Source of the DNA: Podarcis bocagei
Lineage: Eukaryota
Assembly: GCA_964188305.1 (NCBI GenBank)
Contig: OZ076895.1
Length of the DNA stretch: 64,000 bases
Strand: one strand, 5' to 3'
The position numbers and the translations under genes are program-made. Numbering within the stretch: the first letter of the stretch is position 1; the number at the start of each line of letters is the position of its first letter. Positions 51,398 to 61,308 of this stretch are shown here, piece after piece. Below the pieces are notes generated by a model. It had not been told where the DNA came from, did no database searches, and saw only the letters and a program-made list of their open reading frames with translations.

Positions 51398-52927
51398 TCA
51401 TCATCATCAACCTTTTATTCGACCGTCAGTCAGAAAAAAGTACAAGTGTAAAACCTGGTTTTCTCTGGGTAGGGAGCTAAATTGACATAGAAGTGGGTCT
51501 ATAAAATTTTGTCTAAGCTCTGCATAAGAAGGGCAAGTCAAGAGAATGTGTTCGGTGGACTCAACCACACCCATGGCACAATGACAGGTTCTCTGGGCAT
51601 ATGGTACTCCCCTGTACCTTCCCCACAATATCGCAGAGTCAAGGACATTTAATCTAGCCGCTGTAAGAAGTCTGCGGTATTCCACATAGTGGATTTCTGC
51701 AAGGTAGGGGGCTGGTATGGTCCGATAGATCTGGTCCCCTAGGAACATCCCTGGTTTTACCTGGGCTATGTCCTCTTGTCTAGCAATGTCACTCAGTCTC
51801 CGGGAGATCACAGCTCTAGCTTGATTGTACGACGTAGACTCAAAGTAAAGGTGAGACAATCCGCAGGATTGAACCTCATTAGTGACCTCCCTTTCCCACG
51901 ATGATTGGAAATCGTCCCTCAATATCAAGGGGGCAATACCCACTGGTTTAAAACAAAGCTTGAGCCATAGCCAGAGCTTCGTCTTCAAGGCCACATACCG
52001 TAGAGCTTGCCAGCCGACCTCTAATCTCATAACTGCACCCGCTACCGAGGGGGGAATCCTAAGGATGGCTCTAAGGAATCGCGTTTGGATAGAATCCAGT
52101 TTCAAAAAGTCCCTACGGGAGCCTAAAGAGATGCCCACCAAAAGAAGGGGGAGGACTTTCATTTGAAAGAGTCTCAAAGCTATCGTCACTGATTGAGCCT
52201 GATTCTTAGCATATAGAGATCTAATCTGGATGGCTGCTTTAGATGCATTAGTTGTTATATAGTCTCTATGGGCCAGAAAAGACCTATTTGACCGTATTAC
52301 TTGTCCCAGATATTTAAAGCAGTTAACCTGCTCTAGGGGGATCCCGTTCATCGACCATCGATAGAGTCTCGGTCGGGCAGAGAAGACCATGATCTTGGTC
52401 TTAGCATAGTTGGGTTGGAGCTCATGCTGATCACAGTATTCATGTAGAGCTTGCAACATTCTCCTCAGTCCAATAGGGGATCTTGCAAGAAGTGCGGCGT
52501 CATCCGCATACAGAAGAACATTCAGAGATCGGCCTGCTAGTTTGGGGGGGTGGAAAGCATCATTGGCCATGTGAGTCACCAGTGAGTTAATGTAAAAGTT
52601 AAACAATGCTGGGGCCAATAAACAACCCTGTCTTACCCCTCTAGTGGTGGTAACGGGGTTGGAGACTAGGCCTTTATTGTCTAGCCTGATTCTCAGAAAG
52701 GTGTTTGTATGGAGGCTGATAATCAGATGAAGGAGACGACGATCGATATTTGTTGCAGCCAGTTTTGTCCATAGCTGCTTTCTAGAGATTCGATCAAATG
52801 CCTGCTTAAGGTCAATAAAAGCCACATGAAGAACCTTTGGGGCTTTGCCGGCATACTTTTCCGCCAGGTGATTCAAGGTTAATATTTGGTCTGTAGTAGA
52901 TCTTCCAGGGCGAAAACCCGCCTGTTC
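51398..52927 (-). mobile_element. 5'-truncated RTE-X-like LINE with 13-bp TSD and (TGA)n tail
   Basis: TSD GGATTCACACTCA at 51385-51397 and 52928-52940; open RT frame EQAGFRPGRSTTDQ, AFIDLKQAFD, GVRQGCLLAP, LLYADD, KYLG; C-terminal C..C...E.HILL.CP.Y zinc knuckle. Confidence 0.88.
51407..52927 (-). CDS. Non-LTR retrotransposon reverse transcriptase ORF, 5'-truncated with no native start
   Basis: The 489-aa track ORF extends in frame upstream to the TSD boundary, with no stops or frameshifts. Confidence 0.8.
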   Translation of the reverse strand, partial: EQAGFRPGRSTTDQILTLNHLAEKYAGKAPKVLHVAFIDLKQAFDRISRKQLWTKLAATNIDRRLLHLIISLHTNTFLRIRLDNKGLVSNPVTTTRGVRQGCLLAPALFNFYINSLVTHMANDAFHPPKLAGRSLNVLLYADDAALLARSPIGLRRMLQALHEYCDQHELQPNYAKTKIMVFSARPRLYRWSMNGIPLEQVNCFKYLGQVIRSNRSFLAHRDYITTNASKAAIQIRSLYAKNQAQSVTIALRLFQMKVLPLLLVGISLGSRRDFLKLDSIQTRFLRAILRIPPSVAGAVMRLEVGWQALRYVALKTKLWLWLKLCFKPVGIAPLILRDDFQSSWEREVTNEVQSCGLSHLYFESTSYNQARAVISRRLSDIARQEDIAQVKPGMFLGDQIYRTIPAPYLAEIHYVEYRRLLTAARLNVLDSAILWGRYRGVPYAQRTCHCAMGVVESTEHILLTCPSYAELRQNFIDPLLCQFSSLPRENQVLHLYFFLTDGRIKG

Positions 52928-52976
52928 GGATTCACACTCAAGAGAATGAGTTCACTGTTAGTAATGTAAGTTAGTA

Positions 52977-53036
52977 ATAGATATAGATATAGATATAGAT
53001 ATAGATATAGATATAGATATAGATATAGATATAGAT
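52977..53036. repeat. (ATAGAT)n hexanucleotide microsatellite
   Basis: About 10 units. Confidence 0.95.
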
Positions 53037-54033
53037 GTATTAGTATAGTAATAGATATTAGTAATATATGTACAGTAATTATATACTCTGAGCATTTTGC
53101 TAAAGCTATCAACAACAAGCGTCTTGTTATACCATTTAGATATTTGTGCAATATCTAATTTGTGCAAACTAGTGTGAGAGCTGTAATTTCTGAGCCCACA
53201 ACCCAGGAATTTGTTCTGAGTGTCAGTATAGAACTGAACTCACAGTCCTTCTACACAAAACTCCAGGTTTTCCCCGCACACAGCTTTCTTATTTCAGTAG
53301 ATATGTATGTATGTATTTTGGAGGGAGAGAGTAATTTTGTTGCTGCCATTGTTATAAACGAGTCAAAAAGAGTCAAAAACCCTTGCGACCTGCTTCAAAT
53401 CACCCAGAGATCTATCAGTAAAATCCCGGTCCACTTTCTGCCTAGCTCTGTAGTCGAAGGTGGCCGCTTGCTTGCTTGCAGCCCTTAGGGGCATTTTCCA
53501 AATATTACTTAGCAAGCTCCACTGAATTCCCCTGGATAGACTGAGGAGGAGTTGCTGTCTGCTCTAGCAGTGATCAGCCCCACATTCAAAGGGCTGTGGG
53601 AGGCAATATAGAGGGAGACCTGGGCCCTGCTCGCTCGCTCGCTACGTGCCAGAACGCGAGCGGTCGGGAATGCAAAATGAAGGCGGCGCTTCGCTTTTCA
53701 GGCACAATCCTTATAACGCAGGGCGAGCGTGGCCTTTACTAAGGATTGCCTGGCGGGCAGCTGCTGGCACAGGAGAGCGGGTAGCGTCGAGCGCTCCTTT
53801 GCCAAATTATGTTAGCGGGTTGGAGGGCTTCCCTCAGGGACGGCTGCTGCCTGCAGGGCCGACTGACAATGGCCTGGGAGGCGGTGCCTTTTTCCCTGCA
53901 AGGAACGGACTGGGCACATGGTCTGCATTCTCTGCACAGTAAACACCCCACTGAGAACATGAAGAGCGTGTGTTGTTGTTTTTCTCCCCAACGGGTCTAC
54001 AGCCTGAGTTAAACTTCGCTGCGCCCCTTAAGA

Positions 54034-54049
54034 ACTACAACTCCCAGAA
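54034..54049 (+). promoter_or_regulatory. ZNF143/THAP11 (SBS, ACTACA) motif
   Basis: ACTACAACTCCCAGAA matches ACTACAnnTCCCAG. Confidence 0.75.
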
Positions 54050-54306
54050 CCGCGCGCGCTGTGGAGCGAAGGTTGTTTACACGCCGCACGCCTCGCTCTC
54101 TGGCTCTTCCGGCGCCGCGTCTTCTCTCTCTGCCCATTGGGCGGCGGCGGGAGCGCGAACGATTCCATGCGCTTTGGAGGTGCGCGCGGAGGCGGAGCGG
54201 CTATTGGCGACTCGTGCGCTCGGTAGGGGGAAGGGAGCGCGCGCCGCCCGGCCGCGTCTTGTCGCTGGTGGTGTTGCTCGGCGTCTGCATGGGCAAGAGG
54301 AGAGCC

Positions 54307-54327
54307 ATGGAGCGGGAAGGAGGCCCG
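54307..54327 (+). CDS. L3MBTL2: First coding exon of the downstream gene, probably L3MBTL2 (MEREGGP; an in-frame upstream ATG at 54289 would add MGKRRA)
   Basis: gccATGG Kozak context followed by a strong donor CCG|gtaagt inside the CpG island. Gene identity rests only on conserved EP300-L3MBTL2 synteny and a similarly short first coding exon; exon 2 is not in the window. Confidence 0.55.
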
Positions 54328-55480
54328 GTAAGTCGGTGGTGGTGGTTGCTTTGCTCGGTTAGCGGCGAGGCGGCAGTGAGGAAGGGCTCCCAAGCTCCTT
54401 GCTGTGGTGCCGTAATAACGTCCCACCTGCCTGCCTTCCGCTTATGGCGAGGGGCGGGGCGGGGTGTTCCATGTGAAAACGGAATACAGTATATTTCCCT
54501 CATAGACGGTGCCCCCTTCCCCCTAAAAGGAGTTCGCCCCACAACACGTGCCTCTCTCTCCCACCGCCCTTCTTGCTGGACCCCTGTGTGCAAGGAAAGG
54601 CACTTTTCTTTAGCCCTAAACGGATCAAATAAGCTTCCTTGAAAGTTAACTCGCTTGTCTTTTTCTCTCTCTTACTTTCAAAGACAGTTGCTCCTAGTCT
54701 AGATAGATAGATGGATAGATATGGATATTGGAAGCAATTCATTGAATACTTGTTACTTCCTCAATCAAAAGGTGGTTTTTGTAATGCTATGTCTATTTTT
54801 TTTACAAATCAGATTATATATAGTGTATTTTATGAGTCGATACACAAATGTATTTTAGGTTATAGAGGTTCTTTTTTCTAGGCGTTTTATGTTTTCTTTA
54901 TTGGTTATAATTATAAATAATAATAAATATAGGTTTTCCTTTAGGGAAAATATTTTTTTCGATGGGAGCCTTAATGTTACTTAAATATACTGTTATTTAC
55001 CTTTTTAGAAAACCAACATGTGGGACAAAGCTCACTCCCTCCCCAAAATGCATTTTACTCCTTCTGTGCTCTCCTCAGTATGCCTTGTTTCCAGTATCAA
55101 TGCTATATTTACTTTGTATTGCTGCCCTTGACAAAAAATAAAAATAGACTGAAATTTCTGAGTGTTGAAAGTGTTGCCCCCCCCATTGAATCCATGTGAC
55201 TGATGCTCCCAACTATATTATTATGTGAATGATCCTGCACACATGTAAGTTTCCTTTTTTTTTTATTTTAATATAAACTTTATTACAAACACATAAACTT
55301 ACACATACATAAAATCAGACACATACATCTTAGAAAACATAAAAAAACCGTACAAAAGGAAAAAAAAGAGTCAATCACACCCTTACACCCATTTGACTTC
55401 CAATAACCTCGGCTTTGGGTTAAATGATCTACATATATCATCTGCAGTTATTTTTCATTTGTCTTTCCACGTCGTAGGAG

Positions 55481-58400
55481 TTAAACATCGTCTACTGTTA
55501 AATTATTAATTCCCAAATTAGTCTCAAGGTAACTTAAGAATTTGGACCAGTCCTCTATCTTTTTAATGGGGTTGTCCCGCCTAATATATTGTGTAAGTTT
55601 TGCCAATTCCAGATATTGGTACACTTTCACCCGCCACTCTCTCATTGTTGGTATTTCGGGGGATTTCCATTTCTTTGCTATTAAGATCCTTGCGGCGGTG
55701 GTGGCATACAGGAAAAAGGTCTGATCCGTGTTTTTTATTTCCTCCCCAATCATCCCTAAGAGGAAAGCTTCCGGTTTCTTGGGGAAGTTATACTTCAGAA
55801 TTTTCTTTAACTCCTCGTAAATTTGTCCCCAGAAACCTTTCACTTCCTCACAGGTCCACCAAATATGAATGAAGGTCCCCACCTTATCCTTACACCTCCA
55901 GCAAGTATTATCTGCTGTTCTATACATTCTCCCTAATCTGGCCGGGGTCAAGTACCAGCGATACATCATCTTATATAAGTTTTCCCTTAAATCAGCACAC
56001 GCAGTAAATCTCATGCCTTTCTTCCATAAATTTTGCCATTTATCATAGCCTAGCTCATATCCTAGGTCTTTATTCCATTTAGTCATTACCTCTTTGATCA
56101 ACTCTTCCTTATTTTCACTTTCCAGCAGTTGCCTATACATTTTAGACAGTAGTTTATTGTTACTCTCAATAATCTCTACTTGGAATCTAGATTTATTTTC
56201 TCCCATTCCTATCCTCTTATGTTCCCTCCATAGTGCGTTAATTTGATGTAGATGAAACCAGTCCTTAATTTTCTCTTTTAGTTCGTCCTGCTGTCTTAAT
56301 TTCCACCCTTCTTCTGATTTAATTAGGAGATCCTCATACGTCCACCTCTTACCTGTCATATTTAGTTTCTTTATTTTAATGATGTCCACAGGTGAAAGCC
56401 ACCAAGGGGTACTTTGTTCAATCACGTTTTTCTTCCTATTCCACACTTCTAAGAGTGACCCTCTGACTATATGGTTATAAAAACCTCTATGAATTTTATC
56501 TTTGTCCTGCCAGAGGTAAGCATGCCACCCAAATCTTAAATCAAATCCTTCTAGGTCTAGTAAATCAGTGTCTTTCAATGTGACCCATTCTTTTATCCAG
56601 AGTAGACATGCCGCCTCATAGTAGAGCCTTAAATTTGGTACACCAAAGCCCCCTCTTTCCCTAGGGTCCGTCAGATATTTAAATTTCACCCTAGGTTTCT
56701 TCTCCTGCCAAATATATTTGGTCAAGATCCTTTGCCAATTTTTAAAACAGACGGTACCTTTTATCACTGGTAAATTCTGGAACAGGAATAGCAGTCTCGG
56801 GAGAATACACATCTTAATCGATGCCATCCTCCCGGTCCAAGATAAATTCAATCTACGCCAAGTGTCCATATCTTTCTTAATTTCTTTCCATAATTTATTA
56901 TAATTATCCTCTACTAAATTGATGTTCTTTGGAGATAACCATATTCCCAGATATTTCACTTTGTTTACTACTTTAATGTCCACCTGTTGTTCCAGCTGTG
57001 ATCTCTCCTGTACTGTCAAGTTCTTTATTAATATTTTAGTTTTACCCCTGTTTAACTTGAATCCGGATAATTTGCCAAACTCTTCCAAAAGTTCTACCGC
57101 TCTACTGGTACTTTCTATAGGATTTTCTAGAAAAAGGACCAAGTCGTCAGCGTAGGCTTTAAGTTTGTATTCTTTCTCTCCAATTCTTAGTCCCTTGATA
57201 TTCGGGGTTGCTCTTATTTTATTTGCAGCTGTTTCTAGCACCAAAATAAACAGTAAGGGTGACAGTGGGCAACCCTGCCTTGTCCCTTTCATAATTGGGA
57301 AGAATTTAGTCAGGTTGTTATTAATAATCAGCCTGGCCTGCTGGTCTGTGTAGATCGCCCTAATGGCCTTCAGGTAGGGGCCCCCTATTCCCACCTTAAC
57401 TAGATTTTGTAGCAAAAATTCCCAAGAGACACGGTCAAAAGCTTTTTCCGCGTCAATAAAAATGAGGGCCGCTGGCACGTCTGGTCTTGCCTCCAGGTAT
57501 TCCATGATGTCTAATACCTGCCGAACATTCTCCCTCAGTTGCCTACCTGGGAGGAATCCCACTTGGTCTCTATGTATATATCTGTTTAGTAATTTTTTAA
57601 GTCTACTTGCCATGATGTCTGCGAAGACCTTATAGTCGCAATTTAATAATGAAATTGGCCTATAATTTTTTAAATCTGCCTTTTCCTTTTCAGTCTTAGG
57701 AATTAGCGTGATATACGCCTCCTTCCAGGAACTAGGTATCCTCCCCTCTTGGAGAGTGTTATTTATTACCTCCGTTAATACCGGCGCTAACAGATCTACC
57801 AATTTCTTGTAATATTTTGCAGGCAGACCGTCTGGACCAGGGGACTTCCCGTTCTTCATTTTATTAATAGCGTCCCTAACCTCCTTTACGGACACCGCTT
57901 TATTTAGTTGTATACAATCCTCTTCTGTAAAAAATTTCCTTTCTTCTTGATCCAGGTAGTTCTCTATTTCTACACTACTCTCTTCTCCTTTTTCATACAG
58001 CTCTTTGAAAAAAGTAACAAACCTATTTTCAATTTCATTCGGATCTTCTATCACCCTCTCATCTACAATAAGTTTGTTGATCGTATTTTGTTTCTTTCTC
58101 TTCCTGAGCTGCCATGCTAGTAGCTTCCCCATTTTATTGGCCGACTCAAAATATTTCTGTCTTGTAAATTTAATTTTCTGTTCTACCTCTTGGTTCAAAA
58201 TAGCTGAGTATTGGGACTGCAACACCCTCACCACTTGGTTAATCGTTTCATCTGTCGGATTTAAGGCCAGTTTCCTTTCATGATCTTTCAATTGGGCCAA
58301 AATATCTTCTTTCTTTTTCTCCCTTAACTTCTTTCTGAAGCTATTTTGCTGTATCAGAAGACCCCTTAGGACTGCCTTACCGGCATCCCATACCAGCTCT

Positions 58401-59236
58401 ATTGGGGTGTCTCTATTCAAATTTATCGCCAAGTACTCTCTTAAAGTTTTTTTGGCCATATCCAGCACCTCCTCATTCTCAAATAGATATTCATTCATCC
58501 TCCACCTGGGTTGCCCTTTCAATTCATTTTTAATTTCCAGGATCAGGGGGCAGTGATCTGACAGGGTCCTAGGTAGTATCTCACATCTCTTAACTCTCCA
58601 TACCAAGGCCCTGGTCACCCATATCTGGTCGATCCTGCCCCAGCTTTGGTGGGGCTCTGAATAATGAGTGAACTGTTTGGTGGTGGGGTTTCTGTGTCTC
58701 CAAATGTCAGTTAAGTCTAGATTTTCCACTAACTCGTTGAAGGCCTTAGGGAGCTTCCCCCTGTTTACATTCCTCTGGTTCTCACTTCTATCCAGACTTG
58801 GTGTTGGTACCCCATTCCAGTCTCCTAATAAAATTAACTTATAAGGTTCCAGTTCTAACAACATGTTTTCAAGTTTTTCAAAAAACTCTGTTCTATTTGA
58901 ATTTGGTGCATATATCGACACTACGTTAATTCTTTCCCCTCGGAAATTTAATTGAATACCTAGTATTCTCCCTTCCTCGTCTTTACAGATTTGTATTGGT
59001 TCCCACTTTTCTTTGGCGTATATTACCACTCCTTTTTTTTTGTTTACATCCGAATTTATAAATTCTACACCCAACTTTTTATTCACCAAAATATGTCTAT
59101 GTCTCTTTGCAATGTGGGTTTCCTGAAAACAGATTACATCACATTTCTTGCTTCTCAAAGCTTTCTGAATTTTATTCCTTTTAACTTTCTCGTTCATCCC
59201 GTTCACGTTCCATGATAAAAATTTTAAAGTGTCCAG
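55481..59236 (-). CDS. L1 ORF2p: APE endonuclease, reverse transcriptase and CCHC domain (start codon uncertain)
   Basis: LKFLSWNVNG, FQETH, SIYAPN, GDWN, RIDQIW, SDH; GKSPGPDG, NYRPISLLN, DAEKAFD, GTRQGCPLSP, YADD, KYLG; CWRC..H.WWTC; no internal stops. Confidence 0.93.
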   Translation of the reverse strand: MDTLKFLSWNVNGMNEKVKRNKIQKALRSKKCDVICFQETHIAKRHRHILVNKKLGVEFINSDVNKKKGVVIYAKEKWEPIQICKDEEGRILGIQLNFRGERINVVSIYAPNSNRTEFFEKLENMLLELEPYKLILLGDWNGVPTPSLDRSENQRNVNRGKLPKAFNELVENLDLTDIWRHRNPTTKQFTHYSEPHQSWGRIDQIWVTRALVWRVKRCEILPRTLSDHCPLILEIKNELKGQPRWRMNEYLFENEEVLDMAKKTLREYLAINLNRDTPIELVWDAGKAVLRGLLIQQNSFRKKLREKKKEDILAQLKDHERKLALNPTDETINQVVRVLQSQYSAILNQEVEQKIKFTRQKYFESANKMGKLLAWQLRKRKKQNTINKLIVDERVIEDPNEIENRFVTFFKELYEKGEESSVEIENYLDQEERKFFTEEDCIQLNKAVSVKEVRDAINKMKNGKSPGPDGLPAKYYKKLVDLLAPVLTEVINNTLQEGRIPSSWKEAYITLIPKTEKEKADLKNYRPISLLNCDYKVFADIMASRLKKLLNRYIHRDQVGFLPGRQLRENVRQVLDIMEYLEARPDVPAALIFIDAEKAFDRVSWEFLLQNLVKVGIGGPYLKAIRAIYTDQQARLIINNNLTKFFPIMKGTRQGCPLSPLLFILVLETAANKIRATPNIKGLRIGEKEYKLKAYADDLVLFLENPIESTSRAVELLEEFGKLSGFKLNRGKTKILIKNLTVQERSQLEQQVDIKVVNKVKYLGIWLSPKNINLVEDNYNKLWKEIKKDMDTWRRLNLSWTGRMASIKMCILPRLLFLFQNLPVIKGTVCFKNWQRILTKYIWQEKKPRVKFKYLTDPRERGGFGVPNLRLYYEAACLLWIKEWVTLKDTDLLDLEGFDLRFGWHAYLWQDKDKIHRGFYNHIVRGSLLEVWNRKKNVIEQSTPWWLSPVDIIKIKKLNMTGKRWTYEDLLIKSEEGWKLRQQDELKEKIKDWFHLHQINALWREHKRIGMGENKSRFQVEIIESNNKLLSKMYRQLLESENKEELIKEVMTKWNKDLGYELGYDKWQNLWKKGMRFTACADLRENLYKMMYRWYLTPARLGRMYRTADNTCWRCKDKVGTFIHIWWTCEEVKGFWGQIYEELKKILKYNFPKKPEAFLLGMIGEEIKNTDQTFFLYATTAARILIAKKWKSPEIPTMREWRVKVYQYLELAKLTQYIRRDNPIKKIEDWSKFLSYLETNLGINNLTVDDV

Positions 59237-59282
59237 TGTTATCTTCGTTCTCCGACTACTCTACCTCAGGTCAGAACTCGGA

Positions 59283-60341
59283 TTAAAATCTAGCGCCTTT
59301 ATTTCCTGAGAACCCCTCCTCTTCAGCCGCCCCTTCTCCCACTGCGGCTTCCTCATCCTCATCTCCTGAGATTGACCTCCTCTCTCCTTGGTCTTTCATA
59401 CTCCCCTCCCCCTCCCCCTCCTTTTTCCGACCATTTCCCCCCTCCTCCCCATCTCGCAGTCTATACTCTGTCCTTCCCAGCTCTCTCTCATATCTTCTCA
59501 GAAATTTCTCTGTTTCCTGTATATCCATCAGTTTAAATTTCTTATCTTTGTAGAAGAAGGTGATCCCCTCGGGGAATTCCCATCTAAATTGTATTCCATT
59601 TCTCCTTAAGACCGCTACCACCTGTCTATAGCCCTCTCTTTTTCGTAATAACCTGATTGGAATCTCTTTATAGATAATAATGGGCCTGCCTTCAATTCTA
59701 AGTTTATTACGATAGCTCGTCCTTAGGATTAGGTTTCTCATTTCTAGGGAGTTGAATATCACCAGACAGTCTCCCAGAAATTTATTGGGTTTTAGGTGTT
59801 GTGGTCTAGACATTCTAAATGCATTATCTATTGTTCGTGCTATCTCTTCTTCTTCCAAACCCAACCAGTTGGAGAGCTCCTTGGTCATTTTCTTTCTAAC
59901 ATCTTCATTTCTTTCTTCTGCCACGCCTCTAAATTTTAAATGGAGCTGCTTTTGCCGCATGTCGGCCATGGCAAGGTTGTCCCAAATCCTATCCTGTGCT
60001 TTATTCAACTCCCCCAACTCTTCCCTCATCTTCCCTGTTTCCTTTTTCTGTTCCCTCATTTCTTTCTGTAATTTCTTGTTGGACTCCTCAATTATCTTAG
60101 ATTTTACTGACAGGTCTTGAATTTTAGATGAGAGCTCTCCTACTGCCTCTTCTATTTTTTTATCGATCAGGTCTTGCATATCCCCTAATTTATTTTCTAT
60201 GTAAGTTTCATTCTGTTTAAATTCTTCCTTTATTTTAATCCATAAACTATCTAAATCCTTAATCTCCTCTTGACGCGATGTCTTTCTCTCCCCCGGGGTC
60301 CCACCCACTTTCTTTGCATCCCTCCCTTCCTTCCCCATCAT
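59283..60341 (-). CDS. L1 ORF1p (coiled coil, RRM, CTD), 352 aa from the first ATG
   Basis: Heptad-rich K/E region, LKFRGVAE (RRM entry), WEFPEGITF (CTD); lies upstream of ORF2; ATG ATG at 60341 and 60338. Confidence 0.88.
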   Translation of the reverse strand: MMGKEGRDAKKVGGTPGERKTSRQEEIKDLDSLWIKIKEEFKQNETYIENKLGDMQDLIDKKIEEAVGELSSKIQDLSVKSKIIEESNKKLQKEMREQKKETGKMREELGELNKAQDRIWDNLAMADMRQKQLHLKFRGVAEERNEDVRKKMTKELSNWLGLEEEEIARTIDNAFRMSRPQHLKPNKFLGDCLVIFNSLEMRNLILRTSYRNKLRIEGRPIIIYKEIPIRLLRKREGYRQVVAVLRRNGIQFRWEFPEGITFFYKDKKFKLMDIQETEKFLRRYERELGRTEYRLRDGEEGGNGRKKEGEGEGSMKDQGERRSISGDEDEEAAVGEGAAEEEGFSGNKGARF

Positions 60342-61187
60342 TATTTGTGACACGCTCCCTTTGTTCACCGTTGAGTTTTCCTTGTGGTCCTTTTTGTCCT
60401 ATACTCCTGCCCCTTCCCCTCCGTTCCTCTAGGCTTCCGTACAAAATACGTATGTGACCCAAGAGAGCAACAGTTCCACAGTATTCTCTTTAAAAGCCCT
60501 GGGGGTAGTCTTGGTCCAAAAACATCAATTAGTCCCCTCCACTTCCCTCAGTCCGCTCTCAGTCCTTCTCTCAACCCTCCCCTCGGATCCTTTTCCTAAC
60601 TTCACCTGCGTCACGTCCAACACCCAACACCCCAAAGAGATTAAAGGGAAGGGGGGGGGATGGAAGGAGGGAGAGGAGTGAGGATGTTAATTGGGGACGT
60701 AGGTATCCTACACAGTTTTTTTTCCTGTGCGTTCAAGATTGATCCTGATTAGTTCATTCCCAATACTTCATAGTCCTCTGGAACTTCCAGCACTTCAATA
60801 GTTTCAGACACTTGGAACACTTTACACACTTTACACACTTTGGTCTCCTCTCACCGAAAGGTTGCAGCCCCAGTGGTGACCCCCGTTGCGGCCCCGATTG
60901 CAGTCCAAGCTCCCACTCAGAGTTGCGTGCCCCCTCTTCAACCCTTCACAGGTCAGGCACAGTCCTAAAAAGGGGTCCTAAGTTTCCTTGAAGTATCGAA
61001 AGATGTATGTGGGACAGCGCTAGCATATTGGCTAATTACCGTACCTCCTGGCTTTGCTTTGTGTGCAATTCGCTGCTTCTTGCTTATCAAACAGCTTATT
61101 AAATTTGTAACTGGCTGCTATTAAAACTAAATGACAGGTTGCATAGTGAACAGTTAAATATCAGTAGAATAAGAGTAACATCCAGCT

Positions 61188-61308
61188 GCTGTTTACAGGT
61201 AGGTAGCCGTGTTTGTCTGCCGTAGTCGAAACAAAATTAAAAAATCCCTTCCAGTAGCACCTTAGAGACCAACTAAGTTTGTTATTGGTATGAGCTTTTG
61301 TGTGCATG
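61188..61308 (-). mobile_element. Penelope-like element terminal-repeat fragment with 9-bp TSD
   Basis: caggtaggtagccgtgtttgtctg..ccagtagcaccttagagaccaactaag..gagcttttgtgtgcatg; flanked by CATCCAGCT at 61179-61187 and 61309-61317. Confidence 0.75.

Larger units (their letters stand above)
53620..54470 (+). promoter_or_regulatory. CpG island / housekeeping-type promoter of the downstream gene
   Basis: Dense CpG in an otherwise CpG-depleted window; ACTACAACTCCCAGAA (54034-54049), ETS-type CTTCCGG (54106-54112), reverse CCAAT boxes (54136-54140, 54203-54207). Confidence 0.88.
55257..60978 (-). mobile_element. Full-length or near-full-length L1 retrotransposon (5.7 kb)
   Basis: 11-bp TSD TAAGTTTCCTT (55246-55256 and 60979-60989); minus-strand AATAAA and A-rich tail near 55257-55284; 5' UTR of about 640 nt; intact ORF1 and ORF2. 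Confidence 0.95.

Noticed and set aside
53646-54742. ORFs of 67-193 aa in the CpG island
   Set aside because: Stop-codon scarcity in GC-rich DNA; only the short ATG-to-donor exon has supporting signals.
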